This document shows, piece by piece, positions 11,735 to 24,318 of a stretch of 47,877 nt of DNA. The translations under genes were made by a program, and so were the position numbers. Source of the stretch: Octopus bimaculoides (taxonomy: Eukaryota). Numbering within the stretch: the stretch's first letter is position 1; every line of letters starts with the position of its first letter. The notes below the pieces were generated by a model that saw only the letters and a program-made list of their open reading frames with translations, had not been told where the DNA came from and made no database searches. The stretch spans positions 51,996,662 to 52,044,538 of the forward strand of contig NC_068996.1 in assembly GCF_001194135.2 (NCBI RefSeq). Direction: 5' to 3'.

Positions 11735-12540
11735 CCATCATCATCCTTTAGCATGTTTTCCCTGCTGGTATGGGTTGGATAGTTTAACAGGATCTCATGA
11801 GCCACAGAGCAGCATTATGCTCTGGTATCTGCTTTGGTATGGTTTCTACAGCTGGATGCCCTTTCTGACACCAATCAAATTGCAGTGTGTAGTGGATGTT
11901 TTTTTGTGGCACCAACACTAGTGGGGTTGCCAAGTAAGTTGTAAGACAGGAAAGAACAAGAAAAGGAGGGAGAAGGGAAAGGGGAAAGCTCCCTTAACTA
12001 AGTGTGTGGGGATGAGGGCAGTTTTTGAGAAGATGGTGTAGAGATTTTATTCCAGGGACAAGCAGAGATGTCTTGCTATGGAGAAGATACATGGCTAGCC
12101 CACTTTTATATCATAAGGGTGGCTGGGAGTTTCTAGAAAAAATGGTAAGACGGAAGCAATGGGGTACCAGAGCAAAACCTTCAGGAAGCAGAAGTGGTGG
12201 TGGGGTGGGGGAATAGTAACTGATGGTTAGATGCCAGGATAGAGGTGATGGAGTGAATGATGAAGAGGAGAGGTGGTGCAGCATGATGGGAAATTGCAGT
12301 ATGGGTAGGGGTAGAAAGAGAGAGATAGGAGTGGCTCAGGGATGATAGTTCAGGGAGTAAGAGAAGAAGAGCAAGGCACAGGAGTGTGGAGGGGGACAAA
12401 AGGAATAGCTAGAGAGAGTGGACATGATGGCTGAAATGAGAGGACACTTAGGTTGTGGGGTGGGACGATAGCTGATATGTGAAATGTTAAAGTAAAGCAT
12501 ATCAGAGGATGGAGGGGATAAGGGACGATAATGAGAAGTA
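11735..12540 (-). mobile_element. RTE-tailed purine-rich repeat
   Basis: catcatcatc tail, then the reverse complement of the RTE 3' UTR (tctacagctggatgccc), then a GA-rich body. Confidence 0.6.
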
Positions 12541-13539
12541 AAATTATCTTGAAAATAAAGAACATTCCTGCAAAATACGAGAAATTGTGATTTTTAAAGT
12601 TCATAGAATATAAAGTTTACGCACGAAATTGATAAGTTCAACGCTGCTTTTCAGCTCTGGTTAGATGAGCTGATATATTTCTCACTGGTGACATTACAGA
12701 TAAGAACTAGCAAAATGTCAATTTGCATAATAATAATTGAATGTGTCACTTAAAGGTATTTACCAAAAATAGTGTTAGTAGGTATATCTTTCATTCTAGA
12801 GTGTCATTTCTATTACTAACAGTTGGAAACTATTCTGTGGTTATTCATAACTTTAGTCAGCACATCCACATTGAGAAAAGTTCCCAAAATAACACAATTC
12901 AACACTATAAGCACTAGACTATGACTTAAATTTATACACCTTGAGCTACATAATATCTAAAACCTTAATAAAGATCTTTATCAGAAGCTTTAATATATTA
13001 ATAACCATTTATGGTTATTAATATTTCTAATAAAAATAAGATCTTTAGGAGTTCTACTTGTTTGACAAGTGACTAGTTTGTGAGATTTATATTTCTTTGT
13101 TTATCTGAGTGTGTGGGCTGAAAAGCAAATAGACAACCCTACAAAATATAACCTGCATGGTATTCACAAATCTTTATAAGTTTGCTGGAAAAGTAAACTC
13201 AACTATTGAGGAAATAACTTAACATTTAAGAGAAATAGTATAGATTAACTTTGCTATTCTATTGCCTTGACCCATTTTTTTTTATTTTAAAATCTCAGGG
13301 GAGGTACCTCACAAGAGAATTTTTATATTGTGTAATTGAGTTGATCCTCTACTCATACAATTATCATCATCATCAAATGCCTGTTTCCCATGCTGGCATC
13401 ATCAGTTGGAAAGCTACACCAGGCTGCATTTGTGTATATTGGCATGGTTTCTTTGGCTGGATACCTTTCCTTATAGTATTAGGTTCAATAAAATAAATAC
13501 TAGTAACATATGATATGTTATTATATATCCTCCACAGCA

Positions 13540-13862
13540 GAAGTGTTAAGGCCACATCCTCTAGTGAAGAGGATTGGCTTGCAAGAGTCTTGTACCGGTG
13601 CCATGTGAAAAGCATTCATGCCAGTGCCAAATAAAAGCACTTGTGCCAGTAACATGCAAAATGTATGCACCACACACTCTCAGAGTGGTTGGCATATTAG
13701 GAAGGGCATCTAACCATTGAAACCAGGCAAAATCAGACTAGAACCTGGGGCAGCTTCCTAGCTTGCCAGCTCTGGTCAAAACACCCAACCTACGCCAGCA
13801 TGGGAAAACGGACTTTAAAGGATGATGGTGATGGTGATGGTGGTGGTGGTGGTGGTGGTGGT
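13540..13862 (+). mobile_element. RTE 3' UTR/tail fragment ending in (GAT/GGT)n
   Basis: cactctcagagtggttggc..aggaagggcatc..gccagcatgggaaaacggac. Confidence 0.8.
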
Positions 13863-14289
13863 ATGGAGACTGATTTCTATTGATATACCTTTTCTTCGTG
13901 TTATTCAAATTACATATATTTATTATCAAAAATTAGAGCACTGTACAAAAAACCTTGTGGTATTTACATTGTGATTTTGATCCCTCTGTGAACAATTTTA
14001 CATGTAGATCTTTTCTGTGTCATTTTAATCAATTTGTGGTCCTGAGTTAATGTTAGAAGTAGTAGTCATAGCTGGAAGGCTTTTCATCATATCAAAGAGC
14101 CTCCTTAGTCAGGGTTGACCAACAGGTGCTAAACAACAAAAACAAATAAACTTTATTTAAGAATAACTTATATGAACACTTATAATCAATCTAAATTAAA
14201 TAAACATTTATCATTATTTGACTTGACTCAGGATTGGTATTATTCCTGGTAGAATTTATGAGGGTAGCAGGTTACTACCTGAAGCATTA

Positions 14290-14530
14290 GATATCCATAT
14301 GATTTCCGTAAGCAATCAAGTGCTCAAAACCCTTCTTATGATCTTATTTGTTCCTGAGAAGCAAACCTTCTGTAGAAGCTCAACGGGATATTTCATTCCA
14401 ATCTCCCTTAAGCACTTGTCTATGTTATTACTCACAGTCCCAAATGCACCAATTATTATAGGTACGACCATTACAGAATCCCCAATTATTACAGGTACAA
14501 CCTTTACAGGGATGGCAGAATTGTTAACAT
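14290..14530 (-). mobile_element. R4/Dong-like LINE C-terminal fragment
   Basis: Minus strand reads ..IIGAFGTVSNNIDKCLREIGMKYPVELLQKVCFSGTNKIIRRVL, the RLE-clade C-terminus. Confidence 0.65.
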
Positions 14531-14705
14531 GCTGTGCAAAATGGTTAGCAGCATTTTGTTTGTCTTTGTCTTGAAATCAAATTCTGCTGAGGTCATCTTT
14601 ACTTTTCGTCCTTTCAGGGTTGATAAAATAAATACCAGTTGAGCACAGGTGTCAATATAATTAACCTTCCCCATCCCCCGAAATTGATGGCCGTGAGCCA
14701 AAATT
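14530..14705 (-). mobile_element. SINE (second family) fragment
   Basis: Homologous to 19600-19805, 20660-20805 and 33680-33910 (ttgaaatcaaattctgctgaggtc..ctttcgtcctttc). Confidence 0.7.
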
Positions 14706-14774
14706 TGAAATAATCATCATCATCATCATCACCACCACCATCACCACCATCACGATGATGATGGTGATGATGAT

Positions 14775-15313
14775 GTGAGGGAGCAGTGCATTTATACAAA
14801 GCCCAATATACCCATCATGACTATCCGTCTGATAAGGGTACACCAGGCACATGCATCACAACCACATGTGTATGACATGGTGAGCCCATATCAAGATAAA
14901 CAGCGCATGACCTCACAGGTGGGGCCCAGTTAGAATTTTCTTCAGGTCAGGTAACCCATTCCGCTCAAAAGCTCCCTGAGTAAGGGTTGTTTAAGGATGT
15001 TGAGCAGAATACCCATGTTTCCAAAGGTGAATTTGAATAATTCACCTTTGAATTATTCAATTATTCAAACCCCAAAGAATTCCTTTCAACACATGGCTAT
15101 GATGCTCCCCCACTACTTCTGCTCATGATCAGAGATACACATATCGTCAGCCACCAAGGGACATGCTCAACTGGTTAAGGTCAAACAACTGACCAGCAAA
15201 TCTGTGGTATTAAGCAGAATATTTGCTGTAGCCCATCTTTTATACCAAGACAAAACAATATACATGATAACACTTCCAATCAATTAAGATCAGAAGCCAT
15301 GAGAGCCACTGCC

Positions 15314-15314
<1 letters not shown>
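14775..15314. repeat. Unclassified 540-bp interspersed repeat abutting (ATT)n; possibly the 5' UTR of the adjacent RLE LINE family
   Basis: Complex non-coding block lying between an (ATG)n tract and the (ATT)n tract that ends the Dong-like copy. Assignment is inference. Confidence 0.4.
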
Positions 15315-15347
<33 letters not shown>

Positions 15348-15795
15348 GTGCAGTAGTTTTATTTTTATAACGTGCTTTCACTTCACTACTGAGCGCAGCT
15401 CTGTGTGCCTTGGGTATGTGCTGTGGTTTGCTGTGATGCTCTTATGGTTATTGTATTGAAAGTGTTTTGCGTAGGATGTGTGCAGTGCCCAGTAGTGCAA
15501 TTTTCTGTATGTTATATATATGTGTAAGTCCTGGTGTTTTTGTTATGTATTTGCCTGAATATTTTTTTATTATACCTAAGGCACCTACTATGATAGGAAT
15601 TGTTTCTGTTTTTAGATTCCACATTCAAGTTACCTCTATTTCCAGGTCTTTGTATTTTGAAAGTTTCTCCATTTCTTTTAGAGAAACGTTGTCATCTGCT
15701 GGTATTGATACATCAATGAGGAAGCATTTTTTTTCTTCATCTCTGACAACTATATCTGGCCTATTGGCCTAATTTCTCTGTCTGTGTGTATTGGC
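15348..15795 (-). mobile_element. R4/Dong-like (RLE) LINE 3' end
   Basis: ANRPDIVVRDEEKKCFLIDVSIPADDNVSLKEMEKLSKYKDLEIEV..IPIIVGALG..QKIALLGTAHILRK. 3' end abuts (TAA)n at 15315-15347. Confidence 0.9.
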
Positions 15796-15813
15796 ATTAT
15801 TATTATTATTATT

Positions 15814-17020
15814 ACATAGAATATATAAGGTAGCCATGAGTACGATCTTTTGTAATTCACTTATTTTGGGGTTGCCAAGGATTTATTTGGTCTACATGGT
15901 TACTTCTCTTGATACCATTCCAAGAGTCCCAATAATAATAGCTAATGTTGTTGTTTTGAGATGCCACATTCTTCTAATTTCAATCTCCTGGTACTTATAT
16001 TTGCTCAGTTTTTCAAACGTTTTCTGAGATGTGTTTTTGTTGACTGGGGCTGCAATATCAATCTAAAGACAAGTCTTTTCAATATGATTTTTCACAATGA
16101 GATCAGTTTGGTTTGCCTGTATTTCCCAATCACTGAGATTCCAAAGGATTAGTAACCTCAATAGTCTGGGCAACCTGTGGTGTCTGGTGTTCCCACAGAT
16201 TGTTTTTGTGACAGAGATTGTATGTAGAGCATATTGCCCATTGATCATACTGAACTGCCCCATCATGCCTTTGCAAGTATTCTGTTGCTGCCAATCTGCT
16301 TCATTCAAGATTATGTGATTGGTTGTCTCTGGGTGTTCTCTGCATGCACAGCATGGCAGGTTGTGTTCATACTTCAGTACATTATTCTGGTAAGTTCTAG
16401 TCAGAAGGGACGGGTCCTGAGCAGCAACAATACACCCCTCAGCTTCTGGTTTGAGACCAGAACATGACAGTCACTGATGAATAAGGGTCCCTCATCAACA
16501 TCAGGGCCCGTGATTCTAGTCAGGTATTTGCCATTTTTCTTGAATATATTAAAGGCTGGTTTGTTTTGCCTTATCTGTTGGGGACACATTTTCTTCAGGT
16601 ATTGGTTCCTCTTGTTACATTTCTTGGAGATACATTTTTGCATCTTCCACCATTCAGTGCAACATTTTGATATCTTCATGTTTCAGAACCAACTTTAACA
16701 TCCAGTTGTTTTGCTTGTTGCAAATAGGCAGAAAGTCCCTTGGTTGCAGTTTTCAATGAAAGTTGAAATTGTATTAACCCCTGACTGCCTTCTTTTTTTG
16801 GGAGGAATATTCAGTCTATGTCTGCTTTAGGGTGATGCATACAATGCATTGTCATCATCTTTTGGATTTTGACATCACCTTCATTGATCTCTGAAAAAGT
16901 CCAGTTTACGATATTGAATCTGTATGTGATTACGGGCATGGTCATTGTGTTTATGGCTTCAATTTTGTTTCTGGCATTCAGCTCAAGTTTCAGAATAGTT
17001 CTTCGACTTTGTCTTTCATC
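15814..17020 (-). mobile_element. Second R4/Dong-like LINE fragment (RT C-terminus, Zn knuckle region, RLE)
   Basis: LKLELNARNKIEAINTMTMPVITYRFNIVNW..KMMTMHCMHHPKADID. 3' end abuts (TAA)n at 15797-15813. Many stops. Confidence 0.85.
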
Positions 17021-17189
17021 CTTATAAAATAAGTACCAGTTGAGCACTGGGGCTTACCTCCTCCTCCAAAGTTGCTGGCTTTGTGCCAAAATTTGAAACC
17101 ATCATCATCATCATCATTATCATCATCATCATCATTATCATCATCATCATCAGTATTTTTATTATTATTTCTTTATTATTATTTCTTTT

Positions 17190-17620
17190 CTTTCCTTTTT
17201 CTGACTTATTTATTTCATATCTCAGCTCCATCCTGAAGCTTAAAGACACAACACTTTCCTCAACACATGAGCTGTTCAAAGTATTGCTGCCAACTGTGTT
17301 CTTCCTATGAAGTTTGGTATTTACAGCTTTTGATGCCAGAATATTGCTCTCTTTGAGACATTCCCAAGAGCACCAATCATAATAGGTACCATGTTCGCTT
17401 TGAAGCTCTATGGAAGCATTTCCCTTCCAATGCTAAGTCTTGGTACTTCCTGACTTTCTTGTCCTCTGTCTTCACAATATTCTGGTCTGCAGGTATAACT
17501 ACATTGATGAAGGACCATTCTTTGGATTCCTTCCATAGGAGAGTGATATCTGGTCAGTTATGGTGCAGCTTCTTATCTGTGTAGATTGGCATATCTCATG
17601 TGAGTTCCAAACAGTAGAAA
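17190..17620 (-). mobile_element. Third R4/Dong-like RLE fragment
   Basis: ..PDITLLWKESKEWSFINVVIPADQNIVKTEDKKVRKYQDLA.. next to (ATC/ATT)n at 17100-17185. Confidence 0.75.
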
Positions 17621-17870
17621 TCCCATGTGAGTTCTACAGTTTGGATTTTAATTTGATGTGAGTACAATTGTAAAAATAAAAATGGTATTTGATAATTCAT
17701 TTTCTATTTTTACCCCTTTGAACAAAAAAAAAAAGAACCTTAGAACTATTTGATGCAACTTATTTTCTGGTGTAATTGTAAGAAAATAGGACATGGCAAC
17801 AAGACAAATCAAGAAAGAAAATACACATACTTAATTAACAAAAACATTTGCACAGACAGTACCTCCCCAC

Positions 17871-17905
<35 letters not shown>

Positions 17906-18759
17906 ATTTTGAATAAAAATATGAACATTAAAAAAGAAAACCAGCAATGATATAACTAGTGTTTCTGACAGCAATAACAGTTTATTTAAAGATTCACGCA
18001 GCAGTAACATCAGCAACCATAATAACACACAGCATCACACTCAGATAAATAAGAATATAAGAATAAACAAGGAATTTCTGAACGTAAGCAGGTTCCTATT
18101 GAAGATTCAAGATTAGAAGGACTATATTACAAAAAAACAACTCTCTCTCTCCCTTCTTCAAAGTTTGGAAAGGAGAAAGTTGGCATGCCTCATGAAAACG
18201 GAAGAAGCTTTTTTATGTATGTCTAAAATAAATCGAAGCAAGTTCTAGCTAATGCATAGGACAATATTTTGTGTATTAAATGAGGCAAGAAGTATGCCAC
18301 TGTCTGCCTGCTTTTTCTTGGGTGAGAACAAAGCTGAGAGACAGGCTAAGTGATAAGATCCATACCTGCATGTAGACTCATATTATGGTACATGGGTCAA
18401 CACAACACAAGGATGAGTGTTGGGAACATTACTAGTAACATCTTGTAGCTCATCATTATCTTTGTGAAGTAATATGGGTGGGTTGTAGGGATGCAGAACA
18501 TGTAGGAATGCAGAACATGTAGGGATGCAGAACATGTGGTTGAGAGGGATCTGTATAGACTTGTAAGCCCTTATGACCCCTGCAAAACTACAAGCAAACT
18601 GAGTCTTCAACTTGATCCATTTGCCAAAAGGTTTGCAAGGCACCAACAGGCCTCAAGAGACATATTCATGTCCAGAGAACATGATTAACGATTTATTTTA
18701 CTGAACCTTCATTTGTTATTCATGATGAGAGAATCCATCTTTATATTCTTTTATTATTT

Positions 18760-19400
18760 CATTATAAAGTTGCACCCTCTCAGAGGGATAGAAATATGAG
18801 TGATCATACTGGGAAAAGGCCCAGGTACTGTCCTTGTTACTTGACAACTTTATACCACACAAATGCCATTACGAGGCTATTGTTGATGGGTTTGGCCTGC
18901 ATCTGCGATCATGCCAACTTAGCACTGGCCTGTTCCCTCAACATGCTACTTTGAATGACATCATCAGGAGAAACCTCAACACAGCCAGCTTCCCTTCACA
19001 ACAAGAGTAAGTTGGCCTTGAACATGGTGCTAATAAATGCCCCGACAGAATAACCCTCTTCCCATTTAAGACAGGTAAATCACTGATCTGGGATGTGATG
19101 TACTGCAACTCGTTCTCTGCCTCCAACCTTGTTGCTTCAGCTGCAAATCTGGACACAGCGTCTGCAATGTAGAAGGGAGGAAGATAAACAAATATCAGAG
19201 TTTGACCAACCACTTTTTTTTTCCATACCAGTCACTTCTGATGTCTTTGGTTCCGACATTGCTAATTTTCTCTGCAAAACTGGAAAGACAGCATCCCACC
19301 TGAGGAAAGAGTACTGTGAGATAGAATGGCTGTTTCTGTGGGAAGCATTTCTCCTTGGTTTTCAGGGTGGACCTGTGGGGTTCCTCAACTGACCACAAAT
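18760..19400 (+). mobile_element. CRE-like non-LTR retrotransposon C-terminus (CCHC knuckle plus RLE), degenerate
   Basis: PHKCHYEAIVDGFGLHLRSC..QHATLNDIIRRNL..KCPDRITLFPFKTGKSLIWDV matches the PHxCxCG..VD..GxHGLSC..RHxxLND..KRPDGxTLxPWxxGKxLxWD pattern. Confidence 0.75.
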
Positions 19401-19599
19401 GGAGGTTCTCTTACTTTGAGAAAATTGAATCATCATTATTTATTATCTGTAAACTTATGTTTCATGTTTTGTTTTATCATTTTTTTATGGTGGGAGGGCC
19501 TCAGGAAGGGCTTCATTTGATTTTCTGCATAAATCCTCACATTGTCTTTGTATGTCTTTGTAATTGACCCTCTTATCTGACATCATGGTGGCAAATAAA

Positions 19600-19805
19600 A
19601 GCAATCATTATTGAGCTGGCAGAATCATTAGAACTTTGTAAAAAATGCTTTCTTCTGGTTTTTTACATTCTGAGTTCAAATCCTACCAGGGTCAATTTTT
19701 CCTTCCATCCTTTTAGGTTTGATAAAATATAATATCGGTCAAATACTAGAGTCAATGTAATCAATGAACCCCTTCCCCTAAAATTGCTGGTCTTTGGCCA
19801 AAATT
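19600..19805 (+). mobile_element. SINE (second family)
   Basis: ctgagttcaaatcc B-box-like motif, then ..ttttccttccatcctttt..gataaaat.. Confidence 0.7.
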
Positions 19806-20399
19806 TGAAGCAATTATTATTATTATTACTAGCAGAAAGATTGCCCTCTGAGTGGTTTTTACTAGTCACGAAATAATATTTATTCATTCAATTCCCAATC
19901 TGTATGATTCTTCTGATGTTTTATGTCTACTTTCTCTTTGTATCCTTTTTTCAACCAAAAACACTCACTCACACAGTAAATAAATCAAACTCTCAGAGAC
20001 TGTTAGAATTTATGAAGAAATCAAGTATCATGTTGTATTAATTTGGCCAATGTAAAAAGGCCTCAGTTTATGAAAGAAACCACATTCTGTGAAGAAACAT
20101 TTACAGAAATGCCAGACCTGGAAATTCACAGTGCACATCAGGTCAACACGGCAGAACAGGGGCAACCTTAGAATCTCTGAGGCCATCCTCATACACCAAA
20201 GCAAACCAGATATCAACAACAGAAGAGAGTTACAGGAAGCTAGCTGGTTGCTATAGCAACACCTTTCCGTGCATGACCACTCCACACACGCACATTGGCA
20301 ACATTCATCAGTTTCTTGAAAATGGGGCCATAACCCCAAAATATTGAATGCAAGGTAAGTCTACATTAATTCATATTATTTGTTTTCTAGAGATTTGCC

Positions 20400-20960
20400 T
20401 TGCATTTACTTCACATTGTTCTGGCCTTACCCACGATCCTATCCAAATGTGGCCAATGCCAGTACCCACTGACTGACATCCGTGCTTGTGACACATAAAA
20501 AGCACTATTTGAATGTGATTAATGCCAAGCTTGCCTGACTGGCTCCTGTGCCAGTGACACACAAAAAGCACCCACTACACTCTTGAAGTGGTTGGTGTTA
20601 GGAAGGGCAGCTAGCTGAAAAAACATTGCCACATCAGATGGGAGCCTGGTGCAACAAATAAGGGATTAAGTCGATTACATCGACCCCAGTGCATAACTGG
20701 TACTTAATTTATCGACCCCGAAAGGATGAAAGGCAAAGTCAACCTCAGCAGAATTTGAACTCAGAACATAGCGGCAGATGAAATACGACTAAGCATTTTG
20801 CCAGCTCATGGCCTTCTTTCAGTTTCTGTCTACCAAATCCACTGACAAGGCTTTGATCGGTCAGAGGCTATGGTACAAGACACTTGCCCAAGGTGCCATG
20901 CAATGGGACTGAACTCAGAATCATATGGTTGAGAAGCAAGCTTCTTACCACAAAGCCACG
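20400..20960. mobile_element. Nested cluster: RTE tail (+, 20400-20655), SINE family 2 (-, 20660-20805), SINE family 1 head (-, 20806-20960)
   Basis: Each segment aligns by eye to other copies in the window. Confidence 0.75.
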
Positions 20961-21789
20961 CCTGTGTCTATGTTTGTGTGTATGTGTGAAAACTAGAAAT
21001 TATAGGAAATTTCTAGATAGTGTAAATTTTAAGAATTACTTTCTTTTAGTAAAAGTTACATAATTACAAATAATAAATAAGCAGCACTCTTTGTTATATT
21101 GTAGATGATGATGATGATGATTATTATTATTATTATTATTGAAAATAGTAGATTGTTTGAATCATTAGAGCTTCAGACAAAATGCCTTGCTGTATCAGCA
21201 GTTGTATTTTCTTATAAAAGAGAGCGAAAGATAGAAAAGAAAGAGACAGAGACATGCAAACAGACAGACAGACAGACAGACAAATGAGGATCAAAGAAAA
21301 TCATTTTTAAGTCAAGTGTTGTATCAGAAAAGAAGTTAACATTTTATAACGCATCTCTTCATTTTGAATATATTCTGGCAAACTCAAACACAAACATCTG
21401 ATCCCTGTTATATTTCAACATCAAAGAACACCTCCTCTCTTTAGACGACATGTGTTTAGAATACCCATATTTCAGCAGTTCATCAGTGGTCAAAGGGATT
21501 TCAAGACACCACAGTGTTCCAACCTTGATGTGCATCTCTTCTGTCAAGGCTACTCTGCCACAGCAATGTGTCTGGCAAGAACATAAGCTCTTCTTTTATA
21601 AGAACCAGCAAACAAAACATTTGCTGATGTGAGCTGATGACTGCTGAGCTGATAATAATCCATGGGGCACATACAGAACAGTGGATTTCTAAACAGCAAT
21701 GTATCTTTTCATTCTTAATGCATTTGAACAGGAATATCTGATCACTATTGTTTTTCGCTACCAGAAAACACTTCCTCCTTTAGATGATG

Positions 21790-22090
21790 TATGAGGATGA
21801 TGGTTCCTGTTGATCTGACCAAGGGAACAGCCTGCTCATGAAATTAATATGCAAGTGGCTGGGTACTCCACAGACCCATATATCCTTAATGTAGTTCTCA
21901 GGGAGATTTAGTTGTGATACAGAGTGTAACAAGGCTGGTCCTTTGGAATATAAGTACAGCTCATTTTTGCCAGCTGGATGGACTGGAGCAACATAAAATA
22001 AAGTGTCTTGCTGAAGGACATAACATGCTGCCAGGAATCGAACTCATGACCTTACAACCAGGAGCCGAACACACTAACCACTAAGCCACT
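21790..22090 (-). mobile_element. SINE (third family, tRNA head)
   Basis: Reverse complement starts gtggcttagtggttagtgttcgg..gagttcgattcctggc (A/B boxes). Related fragment at 39790-39995. Confidence 0.8.
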
Positions 22091-23858
22091 CGTGATTTAC
22101 TGGTGTAAGGATACTTAAAGACACCACATTGTTTTCACCATCTGCCATGTCAAAGCTACCCTGCCAGAGCAATAAATTGGACATGAGATCAAGTTCTTGT
22201 TTATAGTAAATAGTTATTTTGTTGTTTTCTGGGGAAATAGAAAAGTAGAGCCATGGAATATGTAAAAATAATATGAGTAGGCTGTCAGGAAAACAAGTTA
22301 TTTGTAGTATAGCAAGAAACTGCCAAAACTCTTGGGATACTTTGAAATCTTAGCAATGTTTGATTACATTTTAAACAAACAAATATAATAGGCAGAGAAG
22401 TGATTCAAAAAGTGTGTCAAAATATTAGCATGAGAACTAAAAATGTTCTTCTGATAAGAATTGATATGACGCAAATACAAGCAATTATTAGTTGATAATT
22501 TGAATAAGTATAAAAATGTCTATTAACTGAAGTCTGCCAATGTAGAACTATTTCCATAACTGTTGGCAGATAAAGCTAATGGAAGAAAACAAAGATCAAA
22601 TACATGAACCAAAACAAGTCTGTTTTTGTAAGATACCAAATACATATTATCTATTTTTGATTACCAGAAATTTCATTTAGCTCATGAGAATGGCTTTCTT
22701 CTATAAGTTTTCAGATAAGATATAATCTAAAATTTTTGCAGACAAGACTCAAAAAATATTAACATGCATATTTATCTACATTGGATCTATATAAACGTTA
22801 TAATATGCTATAGTAGAAGAGTGAAGGGATGGTGTTATGGAAAAGGATACTACATAGATGACGATGCTGGTGTTCATGATGTTGCATGCTGGTTCTGATG
22901 GTGAAGGATATAAATTGCATACAATATAGCCATAGTGGTTGTCATCAGGTATTTGTGCTGCTGTTGATGGTGAATTAGTGTTCTTGTTCTAACTGAATAG
23001 TCTTGATAAGCTCATTCAAACAGCTAAATGCCACAAATCTGGTCAATATGAAATGCTGAATTACACTCAATTTAGAGCCTATACTATACACTCTGCCATG
23101 TATGTTTTAAGAACTTTACTGGTCAAACTATCTATCAAGTGTGTAATCTACGAACTCTCTTATTTGTCCGTTAAAACAAGAACTTAAGTTCACATCCTAT
23201 AATTATCTAGGATAATTCCCACTTTATAGAAATACTATCCTTTTAATAGTAATATTTAACCCTGTTAACATAATGAATCACACCAAAATTAGCTCTCAAT
23301 TATTAAGCTCTCATCAGCTCTCAATCCTTAAGTGTTGTTAACCTTGAATATTCTATTGTCGAGTTATCAACATCTAAACAGGAATATTACCCCAATAAAT
23401 GCAGAAGTGGCCTCCAAACAGTTTTACAACTATATGGCTCAAATCTGTTTTGGTTTTAGCTTGCAATATCTTTTAATTTTTACAGGGATTTCAATAAATT
23501 GCTCCTCTAAATTCTTAGATATGATTGAAATGGAAGAAGAATTTAATAATGATTACATATGATAATTCTTGATATTCTATAAAGTTTGTCAATATAGTAT
23601 TGTTTATTGAGTTATAAATCTAACCAAATGATTCATTGTTAGAAAATTACTATTTGTAAATCTCACGAGAGATATTCAACAACAGTACTTTGGAGTAAAG
23701 ATTGTTTGCCAACATAACATGGCAATCCTGGTTTAGGATGAATGTTGCTGTAATTTAGCCCAAGAAGACATTGTCTCCAGCTGGCTATATGACACGATCT
23801 GTGTCCTTATATTTTCGAACAAGGGAATCTAGCACCCCCACTCAGCTCAAAACAAGAC

Positions 23859-23901
23859 CTGTGTATCACGATTTCCAGGTTATTTCCCTTCATCGGCACA
23901 G
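23859..23901 (-). ncRNA. Minimal hammerhead-like ribozyme (CCGAUGA core)
   Basis: ctgtg CCGATGA agg gaaataa cct g GAA atcgtgat a cacag. Confidence 0.65.
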
Positions 23902-24111
23902 AATAATTATTCGGCTAGAGGTCCTAAACCAGGACTGCCATGTTATGTTGGCAAACAATCTTTACTCCAAAGTACTGTTGCTGAATATCTCTCGCTGTGA
24001 GATTTAAAAATAATAATTTTCTAATTTATAAACCAGTGACTAGTTGTCACTTTGGAAACTATATATTTCAAACAAGAATTTGGTAGTGCCACCTCTAGCT
24101 GAGCAATTATT

Positions 24112-24154
24112 CTGTGCTGATGAAGGGAAATAACCTGGAAATCGCAATACACAG
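24112..24154 (+). ncRNA. Minimal type-I hammerhead ribozyme with canonical CUGAUGA/GAAA core
   Basis: ctgtg CTGATGA agg gaaataa cct g GAA atcgcaat a cacag: 5-bp stem I. The two copies imply a palindromic stem III, AUCGCGAU. Confidence 0.75.
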
Positions 24155-24318
24155 ATATTGTTTTGAGCTGAGTGGGGGCGCTAGATTCCCTTGTTCGAAA
24201 ATATAAGAACACAGATTGTGTCGTATAGCCAGCTAGAGATGATGCCTCCTGGGGCTAAATTACAGCAACATTCGTCCTAAACCAGGACTGCCATGTTATG
24301 TTATTCATTGTTATTTAA

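Larger units (their letters stand above)
23639..24302. mobile_element. Rearranged pLTR-like cluster: one minus-strand unit plus two plus-strand partial copies
   Basis: Inverted arms 23639-23738/23922-24024 (about 100 bp) and 23720-23921/24092-24302 (about 200 bp). Confidence 0.8.

Noticed and set aside
15130-15205. Possible HDV-like fold on the minus strand of the 14775-15314 repeat
   Set aside because: P1 and P3 can be drawn, but P2, P1.1 and J4/2 could not be assigned.
17930-18090. Ser/Asn-rich plus-strand frame ending at a gtaagc donor
   Set aside because: In-frame stop just upstream, no acceptor and no recognisable domain.
18487-18540. Three 17-bp tandem units (CRISPR-like spacing considered)
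   Set aside because: Contiguous repeats without spacers in a eukaryotic context; a simple minisatellite.
21340-21680. Complex sequence with short ORFs on both strands
   Set aside because: No frame gave a recognisable motif; probably an old TE relic.
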